Assembly (NCBI GenBank): GCA_963741205.1
Contig: CAVUHW010000036.1
Coordinates: forward strand, 1 to 58,096
DNA from: Nitrospirota bacterium
GTDB lineage: Bacteria > Nitrospirota > UBA9217
Direction of reading: 5' to 3'
DNA: 58,096 nt
Below, one piece after another: positions 44,254 through 55,157 of this stretch (its first letter is position 1; the number at the start of each line of letters is the position of its first letter). The notes beneath the pieces are model-generated. The model did no database searches, was not told the DNA's origin, and worked only from the letters and a program-made list of their open reading frames with translations. Position numbers and translations under genes: made by a program.

Positions 44254-45300
44254 ATGAATCTTTTAATCCACAGCATGCCCCTCTGGCTTGAGCTTGTCTC
44301 GCTGGTCTTCTGTATTGGCGGACTTGCATGCCTCCTATGGATCCTGCCTGCGAGGGAACGCGAGGATGTTCATAACGCGGACCTCACCCGACTTCGATTG
44401 TGGTTTTTCTTACGTCTTTCCGTCTTCGCGGCCATAGCGGGAAGCTGCATCGACCTCCTTATTCGCACAGCGGAGATGAGCGGCGATCCCATCTTATCGG
44501 CGTTACCCTATCTGACGACCGTTCTTTTCAAGACTCATATCGGACAGGTCTGGCTCATACGCATGATCACCTATATCATCATGTCGCTCATGATGACTGC
44601 GGGCAACAAGTATCGTGATAGCCCGGGATATCTCATTGCATTATTCTGCCTCGGCGTTCTTGCTGCCATGATGGAGAGCGCTTCGGGGCATGCCTCGGAC
44701 AAGGGCGATTTCAGCATGGCTGAAATCATGGACTGGATCCACCTGCTCGCCGCTTCGGTATGGGGAGGCGGTCTCTTTGCTCTTGCTCTGACGCTTCATC
44801 CCGTGTCTCTGGAAGCGGGCGGTCATGCGGAGCTGTCTATCGTCGAAACTGCATCGCGGTTTTCCCGCATTGCGGGCATCGCGGTCGCAACCATCGCCGC
44901 AACCGCGGTGTATAATGCCTGGGTGTATGTGGGGAGTTACGAGGCTGTCGTTAAATCATCCTATGGCTGGACCATTGTGGTAAAATCTATTCTGTTCCTG
45001 ATCCTTCTTCTTCTCGGCGCGATCAATCGGTATATCAGCGTTCCGGGTATGCGGGAATGGTCGGGACTTCCACCGGGTAATCAAGGGATCGGGAGCCGCC
45101 TCGTCAAGCCACTCCTTAGGCCGTTCACCCTCAATCAGGAAGATCGTGCGAGCCTTCGCCAGTTTGCGCTCAGGATCAGGATTGAGGCATTTCTCATGGT
45201 GGCAGTCCTCCTCTGCGCGTCCCTGCTCAGGCACGAGGTCCCCGCGAAGCATTATTTGCACCAGCACAACGAACATCATGAGCACCACCACACGCAGTAA
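44254..45300 (+). CDS. copD: Copper resistance/uptake membrane protein CopD with a His-rich tail
   Basis: SGHA, HLLAASVWGGGL, RFSRIA, YGW..VKS, GAINR; tail KHYLHQHNEHHEHHHTQ. Confidence 0.88.
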   Translation: MNLLIHSMPLWLELVSLVFCIGGLACLLWILPAREREDVHNADLTRLRLWFFLRLSVFAAIAGSCIDLLIRTAEMSGDPILSALPYLTTVLFKTHIGQVWLIRMITYIIMSLMMTAGNKYRDSPGYLIALFCLGVLAAMMESASGHASDKGDFSMAEIMDWIHLLAASVWGGGLFALALTLHPVSLEAGGHAELSIVETASRFSRIAGIAVATIAATAVYNAWVYVGSYEAVVKSSYGWTIVVKSILFLILLLLGAINRYISVPGMREWSGLPPGNQGIGSRLVKPLLRPFTLNQEDRASLRQFALRIRIEAFLMVAVLLCASLLRHEVPAKHYLHQHNEHHEHHHTQ

Positions 45301-45367
45301 GAGACCGCTCTCTCAGCGTATATTTAGATGGTGCTGTTCAAACTATGATAATTTGGCAGGAGGCACA

Positions 45368-46083
45368 ATGCATGTCAGCAGTTTCAAGAAGGTTGTAAAA
45401 GTCATCTGCATCATGGGCGTCATCGCCGAAGTGCTTCTCGGGATCCCGAAGGATGACGCCCGGGCCTGATGCGCGGGCTCCGGAACGCGTGCGGGTCGCA
45501 CGCTGGAAGACATTGAAGCAGGCGCGGGCGAGGTAATCCCGAACGTAGCGTTTCTGAACCAGGACGGGAAGAAAATCAGCTTGCAAACCTTCCTCGATCC
45601 CGGCAAACCGGTGGTCATCGATTTCATCTCCACGAGATGCAGATCCGTGTGTTCCGGACTGTCTCAGGGGCTCTCCGCGCTCCGTGAGGAACTCGGCTCG
45701 GCCTCAGGCTCGGTGCAGCTTATCTCCATCTCGACGGATCCCGATTTCGACGGACCGGATCAGATGAAGGAGTACCTCGCTCGATACAAATGCGGGTGCG
45801 GGCTGGGACTTCCTCACGGGAAGCCGTGCGGACATCGCCCTCGTGATGAAAGCCTTGGATTCCTCAGCGGGGAACAAAATTGCCCCACTCCCCTTCTATT
45901 TCCTGCGCGGTCCGAATTCAGACGAGTGGGTTCGCGTCAAGGGAACCGTCGGAGCATCCGGCCTCATGAGCGAGATCAGAAAGACGGAAACCGAAGCAGA
46001 GGCGTCTCTCGCCGGCAGCGCCTCTCAACAGGCGGAGCCAAAACCGGAGAAAAATCTTTCGGCTGGACAAGTCCTACGACGCC
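45368..46083 (+). CDS. SCO family copper chaperone (frameshifted)
   Basis: SD GGAGG before ATG 45368; IPNVAFLNQDG, DFISTRCRSVC (CxxxC), ISTDPDFDGP, and WDFLTG across the shift. Confidence 0.75.
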
Positions 46084-46884
46084 ATGATACAAGTCGTTCC
46101 CGTGAAAGGCGGCTGCTACCAGATGGGAGACAGCCAAGGTTCCGAGCATGAATATGTAAAGCCTGTTCATAAGGTGTGCGTCGATGATTTCTCCATGGGG
46201 AAAAATGCCGTGACCGTAGGGGATTTTAAACGTTTCGTCAATGATACGGGCTACCGGACGGAAGCGGAAAAAGGGAGCGGCTGTTACGGCTGGACAGGCG
46301 TCACATGGAAAAAGAAGCGGAGCATGAGCTGGAGAAATGCCGGTTTTGCGCAGGATGACCGGCATCCGGTGGTTTGCGTGTCCTGGAATGATGCGGAGGC
46401 ATTTGCCCAATGGCTGTCAGAGAAAACCGGAAAAACCTACCGGCTACCAACCGAGGCCGAATGGGAATACGCGGCGCGAAGCGGGGGGAAGAACGAACAA
46501 TACGCGGGGTTCTCGGATGTGGCCCGGCTGCACGTCTTTGCCGATTTCTGCGATAAGAATTGCGTCTTTGACCATAAGACGCCGGGTCAAGACGACGGCT
46601 ACCCGTACACTGCGCCCGTCGGCGGATACAAACCCAATGGACTGGGGCTGTATGACATGACGGGGAATGTTTGGCAATGGTTGCACGACTGGTACGGAGA
46701 GACGTACTATGCAGAAAGTCCAAAAGACAACCCGAAGGGACCGGCAAGCGGTCAATACAGGGCACTCCGCGGCGGTTCCTGGCTGTACGAGCCCCTGAAC
46801 CTTCGCGCAACACACCGGTTTTTCAGCAACCCTTCGATGCCGTCCAACGATGTCGGGTTTCGGCTGGTATTCCCCGGCCGGTAG
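46084..46884 (+). CDS. FGE-sulfatase (SUMF1/NirV-like) domain protein, possibly the C-terminal part of the SCO gene
   Basis: GGCYQMG, HPVVCVSWNDA, RLPTEAEWEYAAR, PNGLGLYDMTGNVWQW, RGGSW, GFR. Confidence 0.88.
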   Translation: MIQVVPVKGGCYQMGDSQGSEHEYVKPVHKVCVDDFSMGKNAVTVGDFKRFVNDTGYRTEAEKGSGCYGWTGVTWKKKRSMSWRNAGFAQDDRHPVVCVSWNDAEAFAQWLSEKTGKTYRLPTEAEWEYAARSGGKNEQYAGFSDVARLHVFADFCDKNCVFDHKTPGQDDGYPYTAPVGGYKPNGLGLYDMTGNVWQWLHDWYGETYYAESPKDNPKGPASGQYRALRGGSWLYEPLNLRATHRFFSNPSMPSNDVGFRLVFPGR

Positions 46885-46924
46885 TTGCGCAAGAATGTTG
46901 AACTATGGAGTATCCAGTGATGCT

Positions 46925-47413
46925 ATGACTCAGATGATCCGAAACTATACAACAGCCCGGTTGGTGATTGTCCTATCGCTATCTTCGGCATTACTATGGT
47001 TCTCAGCCTGTTCGCGCCAGCCTTCTTATCCGCCTCCACCCCGGCATGGAGCGGATATCATCATAGATACTGCGGGGCTCCAGCCTGGAACGCCGAAGTT
47101 TTACACCTATCATTACCAAGACAAGAACATCAATTTCTTCGTATGCACGGTCCAGGACAAGGTGCTGTCGTTCCTCGACGCCTGCGCGAGCTGTTATCAG
47201 CACAAACGGGGGTACCGATCGGACGAAGGCAAGGTCACCTGCCGTGAATGCGGCATGAAGTTTTACGTGCATCAGCTCGAAAAGGGGCTGGGCAGCTGTT
47301 ATCCGATCAAGATAGAAGGCAGGATGGAGAACGGGAAATACATCATCCCGTTGCGGCATTGGAGGGCGCGGCGGACAAGTTTTAAGACCCCATGGGATCC
47401 AGATAAATGCTGA
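46925..47413 (+). CDS. DUF2318/FtrD-like Fe-S protein (true C-terminus probably ends near 47385)
   Basis: Lipobox-like SAC; LDACASCY, VTCRECG, GSCYPI. Confidence 0.8.
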   Translation: MTQMIRNYTTARLVIVLSLSSALLWFSACSRQPSYPPPPRHGADIIIDTAGLQPGTPKFYTYHYQDKNINFFVCTVQDKVLSFLDACASCYQHKRGYRSDEGKVTCRECGMKFYVHQLEKGLGSCYPIKIEGRMENGKYIIPLRHWRARRTSFKTPWDPDKC

Positions 47414-47488
47414 TCGACCAAAACGCACCCTCAAGGGTGCGGCTGCCTCGACTTCTATAAAAGCACGGTGATCCGGCAGCCGCAGGCT

Positions 47489-48697
47489 TTATTCATACCT
47501 CAGCGCCTGGATCGGGTCCTGGAGCGCGGCCTTGCGCGCGGGGTACACGCCGAAGAAAACCCCGACCGCTGCGGAAAACGTGAAGGCCATGATGATGGAC
47601 CAGGCGGAGACGCTCGTCGGGAGGACGTCGACGAACACCGGGATGAGAAGCGCCAGGCCCACGCCGATCAGGATGCCGATGACGCCGCCGGCGCCGGAGA
47701 GGGTCATGGCCTCGATCATGAACTGGGCCATGATGTCCCGGTTCCTCGCGCCCAGGGCCTTCCGTATGCCGATCTCCCTGGTCCGCTCACGAACCGAGAC
47801 GAGCATGATGTTCATGATGCCGATTCCGCCGACCAAAAGCGAGATGCCTGCGATACCTCCGAGCACTGCGGTCAGGACGCCGAGGATCGTGTTCATGGTC
47901 GAAAGGATGGCTCCCTGGGACTGGATGGTAAAATCCTCCTTGTGGGCATGGCGCTTCATGAGAATATCCTTGATCTGCGCCGTTGCGCCGTCAACGTCCT
48001 CCGTTCTCGGCGTCGAGGCGATGATCTCGAACAGCGAATCGGTGTCGAACAACTCCTGGCCGCTCGTCACGGGCACATAAACCACGTCATCAACGTCCAT
48101 GCCCAGGCTCGTCCCCTTCTTCCGCATGACGCCGACGACCCGGTAGCGTGCGTCCGAGAGCATCACGACCTTGCCGAGGGCATTCTGATCGCCGAACAGC
48201 TCTTCCTTGACCTTTGCGCCGAGCACGACGATCTTCGCCTTGGAATCCACGTCACCCTGCGACACATAGCTCCCGTAATCCACGAACAGGTTTCGCACCC
48301 GCTGAAATTCGGGCGTCGCGCCGATAATCATCACGTCCCGGCCTAGGTTCGGGAACTTGATCCTGCCCGTGCCGAGCACGATCGGGACCGCATCCGTCAG
48401 GAGCCAGGCGCGCCTCCGGAGGGCCTGCGCATCGTCGTAGGTAAGTTTTCGCACCGTCCCCGCCGACGGGGGATGGAAGCCGCCGCTCGCGGACGTCTTT
48501 CCCGGCTGGATGATGAGGAGGTTCGTGCCAAGGCCGGTCAGCTCCTTGGTGATGTAGACCCGCGCTCCTTCGCCGATGGACACCAGGAGGATCACGGCCA
48601 TGACGCCGATGATCACGCCGAGCATGGTGAGGCTCGAACGCACCTTGTTCGACAGGATCGCTTCGAGCGAGACGTGGAATGTCTCAGGCAAGTTCAT
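47489..48697 (-). CDS. MacB-family ABC permease
   Basis: RSSLTMLGVIIGV, GGIGIMNIMLVSVRERTREIGIRKALGA, PARKAA..DPIQALRYE. Confidence 0.93.
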   Translation of the reverse strand: MNLPETFHVSLEAILSNKVRSSLTMLGVIIGVMAVILLVSIGEGARVYITKELTGLGTNLLIIQPGKTSASGGFHPPSAGTVRKLTYDDAQALRRRAWLLTDAVPIVLGTGRIKFPNLGRDVMIIGATPEFQRVRNLFVDYGSYVSQGDVDSKAKIVVLGAKVKEELFGDQNALGKVVMLSDARYRVVGVMRKKGTSLGMDVDDVVYVPVTSGQELFDTDSLFEIIASTPRTEDVDGATAQIKDILMKRHAHKEDFTIQSQGAILSTMNTILGVLTAVLGGIAGISLLVGGIGIMNIMLVSVRERTREIGIRKALGARNRDIMAQFMIEAMTLSGAGGVIGILIGVGLALLIPVFVDVLPTSVSAWSIIMAFTFSAAVGVFFGVYPARKAALQDPIQALRYE

Positions 48698-49371
48698 ACG
48701 CACACCCGGTCGCCTACGATCTGGCCGTCCTTCAGGTTTATCATCCGTTTGCACCTGGCGCCGACGTTCTGATCATGGGTGACGAGGATGATCGTAACGC
48801 CCTGGTCGTTAAGAGCCGGTGAGGATACGCAGGATCTCCTCGCCGGAGCGGCTGTCCAGGTTGCCCGTCGGCTCGTCGGCAAGCAGCAGCGGGGGGTTGT
48901 TCACCAGCGCCCGGGCAATGGCAACGCGCTGCTGCTGCCCTCCGGAAAGCTCCGTCGGTTTGTGATGCAGACGGTCGGAAAGCCCCACTTTTTCCAGCAG
49001 GGGGATCGCGCGCTCCCGCCGCTCGCGCGCGGGAACACCGCTGTAGATCAGGGGGACCTCGACGTTCTTGAGCGCGGAAAAGCGCGGAAGGAGATTGAAG
49101 GTCTGGAAAACGAAACCGATCTTGACGTTCCTGACCGATGCCAGTTCGTCATCATTCATGGTGCTGATCTCACGGTCCTCGAACCGGTAAACACCGGAGG
49201 TCGGACGGTCAAGACATCCGATGATGTTCATGAGCGTCGACTTGCCGGAGCCGGAAGGACCCATGATGGCGACGAATTCTCCCTGGTTTATGCTCAGGCA
49301 GACGCCATTGAGCACGGTGATGTCAACCTCGCCCATGCGGTAGGTCTTGGTTATATCATCAGTTCGATCAT
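48694..49371 (-). CDS. ABC transporter ATP-binding subunit, LolD/MacB type (frameshifts near both ends)
   Basis: [26 protein letters not shown]; VTHD lies in a shifted frame. Confidence 0.9.
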
Positions 49372-49467
49372 GATACAGTTCGGATTTAGGAGGTCGAAGT
49401 TCTGAGCAGAAATATTAACGCGATGCAGGTTTGCATCACTCCGAACTCCCAACTCTTGTCTCCGATC

Positions 49468-50568
49468 TTACTCCTCTATCTTTACCTTCGCCTTATCTTT
49501 GAGCCCCGTCGTTTCCGGCGTCGTAATGACATATTCTCCGGCTTTAATACCGCCGACGATCTGGGTGAAGCTCCAGTTGTTCTCGCCGATCTCTACCGGA
49601 CGCAGATGCGCGACCGCCTTGTCGCCAGGCCTGAGTGTGCTGCCCTCGGCGATATAAACCTGTTTTTTCCCCTCCCGTTCGATGACTGCCTGCGACGGAA
49701 CCGACAAGACATTTTGCAGCGTTGACACCAGGATTTCCACGTCCGCCGACATGCCCGGCTTGATCACGATGCTGCTTCTCGTCGAAATAGATCCATACAT
49801 CGGCGGTGCGGGTCTCAAGCTTGCCGCCGCTCACAATAGGGGAAATCCGCCTTGATCTTCCCGGTTAATTTTTCTCCCGGGAAGGCATCGACCGTTATGC
49901 TGACGGTCTGCCCCAGGCTAAGCCTGCCCACATCAACCTCGTCGATCGTAGCAAGGACGTAGATCTTATCGGGATTGACGATGGTCACGATCTGCTTGCC
50001 GGGCAGGAGAAGTTCGCCGACTTCTGTATATTTTTTCGATACCACGCCGTCGAAGGGGGCCCGTATCACGGAGTAGTCCTGCCGTACGCTCACGTCCGAG
50101 GCAGCCGCCCGGAGCTGCGATTTCACTACCTCATGGGCCCTGCGCACCGCGTCCAGGTCCTGCTGCGAGATCATGCCTTTGGCGAAAAGGTCTTCTGAAC
50201 GTCTCAGATTTTTTTCCGCTTCCTCGAAGGTCGCCTTGCTCTGGGCAAGCGCGCTATCGCTCTGAACTGATTCCTCCGTAAGGTCAAGCCGCGCGATCAA
50301 AGCGCCCGATTTGACGAGGTCGCCTTCCGTGACCGGCAGACTCACGACCCTGCCCGTGCGCTGGGCCGAGAGCGTTACCTCGGTCTCTGATTTTACCGTT
50401 GAGGTCGTCGTCGCGTTGACGATGACGCGGAGCTCGCCCGGTTTGAGCTCGGCGATCTTGACCATCACCGGTTTTTTAACGGTCACCGCGAACAGCACAG
50501 CGGCCACGACGGCGCAGAGCGACAAGCCAGACGATTTTGTTTTTTACGAGTCCGCCGATGAACGACAT
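49468..50568 (-). CDS. MacA-type periplasmic adaptor subunit (frameshifted)
   Basis: GRVVSLPVTEGDLVKSG, IRAPFDGVV, IDEVDVG, KPGMSADVEI. Confidence 0.85.
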
Positions 50569-50569
50569 A

Positions 50570-51027
50570 TTACGATTCCTTCGGCTCCTTCTCTGCGGTA
50601 TATTCAAGCCGTGCCTTGATGTTCTTCATGAAGGACCTGCACACCTCGCCCAGTTTCTCCGAAACGACCATGTCCTGAAGAAAGGTGAAGTGGCCGGTCA
50701 CGTGACCTTCGAGATGGTAGGTGATCTCGGTTTCGTCCTCTGAAACCTTGCGGAACGTAACGATGCCCGAAGTGAGAGATGTTCATGAGTCGCGGTCCAC
50801 GACATCCGCTTCTGCTCGACCAACTCCGTCGTATGCGCCTTCATCTCGATCGTCCGGCTGAAAGGTCCCAGCGACATCCTGATCGTCCAGATGGAGTCCA
50901 GATCGTTCAGGATCTTGACCCCTTTGCAACCGGGGAACAGGCAGCCCACTTCGGGGCGGTCCGTCATGAAGGACCAGACGCTTTTAACCGGCAGATTAAT
51001 GGTGAACGTGACTTCTTTTGATGGCAT
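50570..51027 (-). CDS. SRPBCC/CoxG-family protein (frameshift near 50775)
   Basis: VWSFMTDRPEVGCLFPGC...LGPFSRT; continues through ...KARLEYTAEKEPKES-stop. Confidence 0.7.
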
Positions 51028-51086
51028 TTTTTCTCCTGCTTCCTGTGGTTTTCAACTCCAAACCGTGAACGCAGATCCCCAAACTG

Positions 51087-52413
51087 CTATTCTTCGCCCC
51101 TTCCCATTGCCTTCATAAGCCGTGCGGCGGAAAGGTAATAGTCATAGAGGGCCTGCACATGATCCGTTTCCGCCCTGAAGTTCGCGAGCCGTGCATCCGT
51201 GACCTCGAGTGAAGGTCCTACGCCGGCCTGGTACCTTCCCTCGGCAAGTTCGAGGTTATCTTTCGCATTTTTCTCAGAAATCTCCATCACGGAAATCCGG
51301 GCCGCGGCTGTATCGAGGTCGGCATAGGCCTGGTTAACCTCGAGCAGGATCGACTGTCTGAGCCCGTCCCGCTGCGCTTCGAGCGCGCGAAGGTTTGCCC
51401 GGGCCTCGCTCACCCTTCCCTTCGTCAAACCTCCCTCAAAGATCGGCATCGAGAGCAAAACGCCGGCATTCCAGCTGTTCCTGATGTCGCTTTGAAACGT
51501 GGCGGACCCCAGCGTGCTGACCGGAATGGTCGCCTCCGACGTTCCATGCGCCCAATTATACGATCCGTTCGCGGAGAGTGTCGGCAGATAATTCGACTCG
51601 GCCGTCCTGACCCGCGCCTTCGCGGCCTCGATATCTGCAGCTGCCTTTTGCATTTCAGGCCGGTTATTCAAGGCCTCCGTCTGGATCTGGTCGAGAGCCG
51701 GCACCGCAGGCGGCTGGGGGAGATTTTTTTCGATTTCGATATCGCCGCGCGGGTCGATTCCCATGGCGTTGCACAGCGCGATGGTTCGAAGGCGGACATC
51801 GTTTTTGGCGTTGATCAGGCCGAGACGTGCCGATATTCACATCGACTTCTGCGCGTGGTCACATCGAACCGAGGCTTTGAGCCGGCCCGGAAAAAAGCCT
51901 CTGCCTGCCGCAGATGGCCCTCGGTCTGATCAAGCGTCTGTTGAGCCACCATCAGCAGCTTGTTTGCCTGAAGCAGCGCGATAGTAGGCCTGTTTCACAT
52001 TCAGGACCACTTCCTGCTTTACGCGGTCGGCATCCGACGCGGCTGACTCAACTCCGAGCGGGCGGCATCGAGGCCGCCGCCGGTCTTCCCGAAGTCGTAG
52101 ATGACCTGGTTCACCGACAGCGTCGTGGTATAGCTCTTCGTGACGCTCTCCCCCAGTGCAGCGCTGATCCGAGGGAGCGGTTTTCGGCGTAACCGGTGCT
52201 CGCCTGCACCTGAGGCAGATAGGGAGAACCTGCCTGGGTCACCCGGGCCTTTCCCGCGTTGAGACCTTCTTGGGCCGACCTCAGGGCCGGATGATTCGCC
52301 AGTGCCTTGTCGAGGCAGTCGCGAAGGGTCAGCCTCGCCGCCGCGTCTGCGGGACCCGCGGCTATCGCCATGATCAGCAGCAGGATGACCGCGGCGCGCA
52401 TGATCATGTTCAT
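51087..52413 (-). CDS. TolC-family outer-membrane efflux protein (multiple frameshifts)
   Basis: LTLRDCLDKALANHPAL, YLPQV, IYDFGKT, NRPEM, PIFEGG, RYQAGVG..LEVTDA. Confidence 0.85.
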
Positions 52414-52415
52414 CT

Positions 52416-53000
52416 TCACCTGCTCCACCGGAGTGCAAATTCCATCGCTGCCCCGGCAATAAGAGGGATGGTGAGATTATCGTTGAGGGGGAGCGGCAGG
52501 AGTTCGACTCCGGCCGCGACAAGGGCGCCGAGAATCATGACCCCGGAAGAGATTCCCAGTTCCGCGAAGGACAGGAGGTATCCGCCAAAAAGTGCGGCAA
52601 TGACAAACGCAGCGGTCCCTTCCAAGCTCTTGTTCCCTATTTTCATCCTTCCGAACCGTTGTCCTATCGTTGTTGCCGCCACATCTCCGAAGGCAAGAAA
52701 ACAGATGGCTGTGGATGCCGCCGGAGCTGAAAAGGCCCATAACGAGAGGCCTACGCCGAGGATATAGGGCACGGTGCCGGTCAGCCCGCGTTCCTCGTTC
52801 TCCCTGACGAAACTCCCGAAATATGTATAGAGAAAACGGTTCCAGGCGGGGATCTTGAGCCGCGCGATTTCAACGGCAAGGACGAGGACAGCGAGTATTC
52901 CGTAAAGTTGCAGCGCCGTCTTCCTGCCCGCAGCATAATAGAGCGACAGGAGCCCGAGTCCGCCGAAAAAATGAAAGAGTTTACGGCCAAGATGATTCAT
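52416..53000 (-). CDS. Diacylglycerol/polyprenol (phytol/dolichol) kinase family membrane protein
   Basis: RKLFH, FGDVAATTIGQRFG, NKSLEGT, LNDNLTIP. Confidence 0.85.
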   Translation of the reverse strand: MNHLGRKLFHFFGGLGLLSLYYAAGRKTALQLYGILAVLVLAVEIARLKIPAWNRFLYTYFGSFVRENEERGLTGTVPYILGVGLSLWAFSAPAASTAICFLAFGDVAATTIGQRFGRMKIGNKSLEGTAAFVIAALFGGYLLSFAELGISSGVMILGALVAAGVELLPLPLNDNLTIPLIAGAAMEFALRWSR

Positions 53001-53031
53001 GCGTTTTCGGTCCCGCCAATCCCTGACGCCG

Positions 53032-54039
53032 TCATTCCCGCTTTCCGCGCGCATAACTCGGCAGGCTGCAGACCTGCCCCGATTCACACTTGTCGCACTC
53101 GAGCTGGATCGTACTGTGAAGAACGTTGAATTTCTCTGACAACATCTCCTTGATTTCGTCAATGATGTTCCTGCTCCCGCTTACGGGCTGGTCGTCGATC
53201 AGCACGTGGGCGCTCATGGCATAGACGCCCGACGTGATCGTCCAGGCATGGATATGATAGGCTTCGCGTACGCCCCTGATCTTCGCCATCTCCGCCGCGA
53301 TGGTGTCGATATCGATGTGGCCGGGCACGGCCTCCAGCAGGATATTCACGGATTCCTTCACGAGCGCCCATGAACCGTAGATGATGACCAGGGAGATCAT
53401 CATGCTCAGGATCGGGTCGATCAGGTACCAGCCCGTATACAGAATGATGATGCCGCCGATGATGACGCCGACGGACGAGAGCGCGTCGCCGACGATATGG
53501 AGAAACGCGCCCCGGATATTGAGGTTGGTGTCCCGGTGCCTGATAAGGACGAAAGCGCCGACGATGTTGGCGACGAGACCGATGACCGCGATGACCAGCA
53601 TCAGCGTGCCCTGAACGGGCTGCGGATGCAGCATCCGCAGATAGGCCTCATACATGATGTAGAGCGACAGGAGGACGAGGACGATGCCGTTCAGGAGGGC
53701 CGCCAGGATCTCGAGGCGGTAAAAGCCCCAGGTTTTTCGCTCCGTCGCGGGCAGGGTGGCGAATTTCATGGCGAAAAAGGAAAGCAGCAGGGCGAGGTTG
53801 TCCGTCAGCATGTGGCCGGCATCGGACAACAGGGCCAGGCTGTTCGACAGCAGGCCGCCGATCACCTCGGCCACCATCATGAGAACGGTGATCGACAGGG
53901 CGATCAGAAGGTCGCGCTTGCCTCCGGCAGGCGCCTGGCGCGACCCCTCTGCGAGCGCATGGTCGTGGCCATGGTGATCATGGCCGTCGTGTCCGTGGTC
54001 ATGAGGACGATGTTCGTTATGCGAATGGAACAAAGACAT
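53032..54039 (-). CDS. czcD: Cation diffusion facilitator (CzcD/ZitB type) with a His-rich N-terminus
   Basis: SLALLSDAGHMLTD, GFYRLEILAA, NIRGAFLHIVGD, HSTIQLE. Confidence 0.9.
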   Translation of the reverse strand: MSLFHSHNEHRPHDHGHDGHDHHGHDHALAEGSRQAPAGGKRDLLIALSITVLMMVAEVIGGLLSNSLALLSDAGHMLTDNLALLLSFFAMKFATLPATERKTWGFYRLEILAALLNGIVLVLLSLYIMYEAYLRMLHPQPVQGTLMLVIAVIGLVANIVGAFVLIRHRDTNLNIRGAFLHIVGDALSSVGVIIGGIIILYTGWYLIDPILSMMISLVIIYGSWALVKESVNILLEAVPGHIDIDTIAAEMAKIRGVREAYHIHAWTITSGVYAMSAHVLIDDQPVSGSRNIIDEIKEMLSEKFNVLHSTIQLECDKCESGQVCSLPSYARGKRE

Positions 54040-54058
54040 GATGCTAAAGGCTCCCGTC

Positions 54059-54879
54059 TCAGTCCTTTGACCAAAACCGCAGTTCCTTCACCGCTTAAAT
54101 CGCGCCGATCTCCGCGGCATAGCCGTAAAAGGTCAGCAGGCCTTTTCGCTCCTCCTCGCCGAAACCATAGCTGAACAATTTCCAGTATTCCACCAGAACC
54201 GGCGCAGGGAGGTCGAACCGGCCCTGTTCCGACGTCGGCAATCTCCCCGAGATGCGACAGCCCATAGTGCCTGGACTCCATAAGTATATCATACAACCGT
54301 CGAAGCTCGTTGTGAATATTTTTTCGGTCGTTCACCTGCCAGAGCGCGAAAACAAAGGGCAGGCCGGTGAAATCATGCCAGAGCCGGCCCAGATCGTACC
54401 GGTAGGGGTATTTCGATGCCATCGACCTCCGTGATCGCCAGATCCCCGATCGTCAGCAAGGCGTCGGCCTGTTCCGAAGGGTCTTCCGCGCCCTGCTCGT
54501 AGAGTACGTAGTTGGGATTCGCGCCATACCGGATTTCGAGAAGGATGCGGAGCAGAACGACCGACGTGGCCGATGCGGTGGTCAGGGCAACGACCCGGTT
54601 ATTCAGTTCCTCGATCGGGACCTTGCTTTCGAGGAGGATGCTCATGACCCTGCTCTTCGAGGTAATCGAGAGGTCCGGCATGAGGAGGTAACGGCCCGGG
54701 TTCATGGCGTACTCGATGGACGAGGAAGGCGACACATCCACCGCTCCCTCGTAGAGCAGCCGGTTCAACTGCGTCGGGATGCCTTCCACCAGTTTAAACG
54801 GAAAGGCGACTTTCTGCGTTACGATCCCGGCATGGGGAGGGAAGCAGTTCGAATAGATGATGTGTCCGAGTTTGAGCAT
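54059..54879 (-). CDS. mqnA: Menaquinone (futalosine pathway) MqnA/MqnD-family protein, probably chorismate dehydratase (frameshifted)
   Basis: LGHIIYSNCFP, SSIEY, SATSVVLLRIL, LTIGD; YDLGRLWHDFTGLPFVFALW lies in a shifted frame. Confidence 0.8.
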
Positions 54880-54904
54880 TGCGCGGTCTCCTGCCGCAAC
54901 CATA

Positions 54905-55117
54905 CTATGAAGCCGCAACTCCCGCCTGCGCCCAGCGTCTATCCGCGCGGCAGTTTGACTGTGCAACATCCTCTTCGACGATCTTGATGGCCTCGTTGTT
55001 GCCGAAAGAGGCCTGGTAAGCGTCGTCGTGCGTAGTGTCCCGTTCGGCGGCCCCCGCCGGCGGAGCGGACCATCCGGGGAGGACCATGGCGATGATGAGT
55101 GCCCGCAGTGATATCAT
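54905..55117 (-). CDS. small exported hypothetical protein (frame uncertain)
   Basis: MISLRALIIAMVL signal-like start; fills the gap between tetR and mqnA. Confidence 0.35.
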   Translation of the reverse strand: MISLRALIIAMVLPGWSAPPAGAAERDTTHDDAYQASFGNNEAIKIVEEDVAQSNCRADRRWAQAGVAAS

Positions 55118-55157
55118 GAGGTTTGGATCCGCAACTCGTGGTTGCAATCTTCACGGG

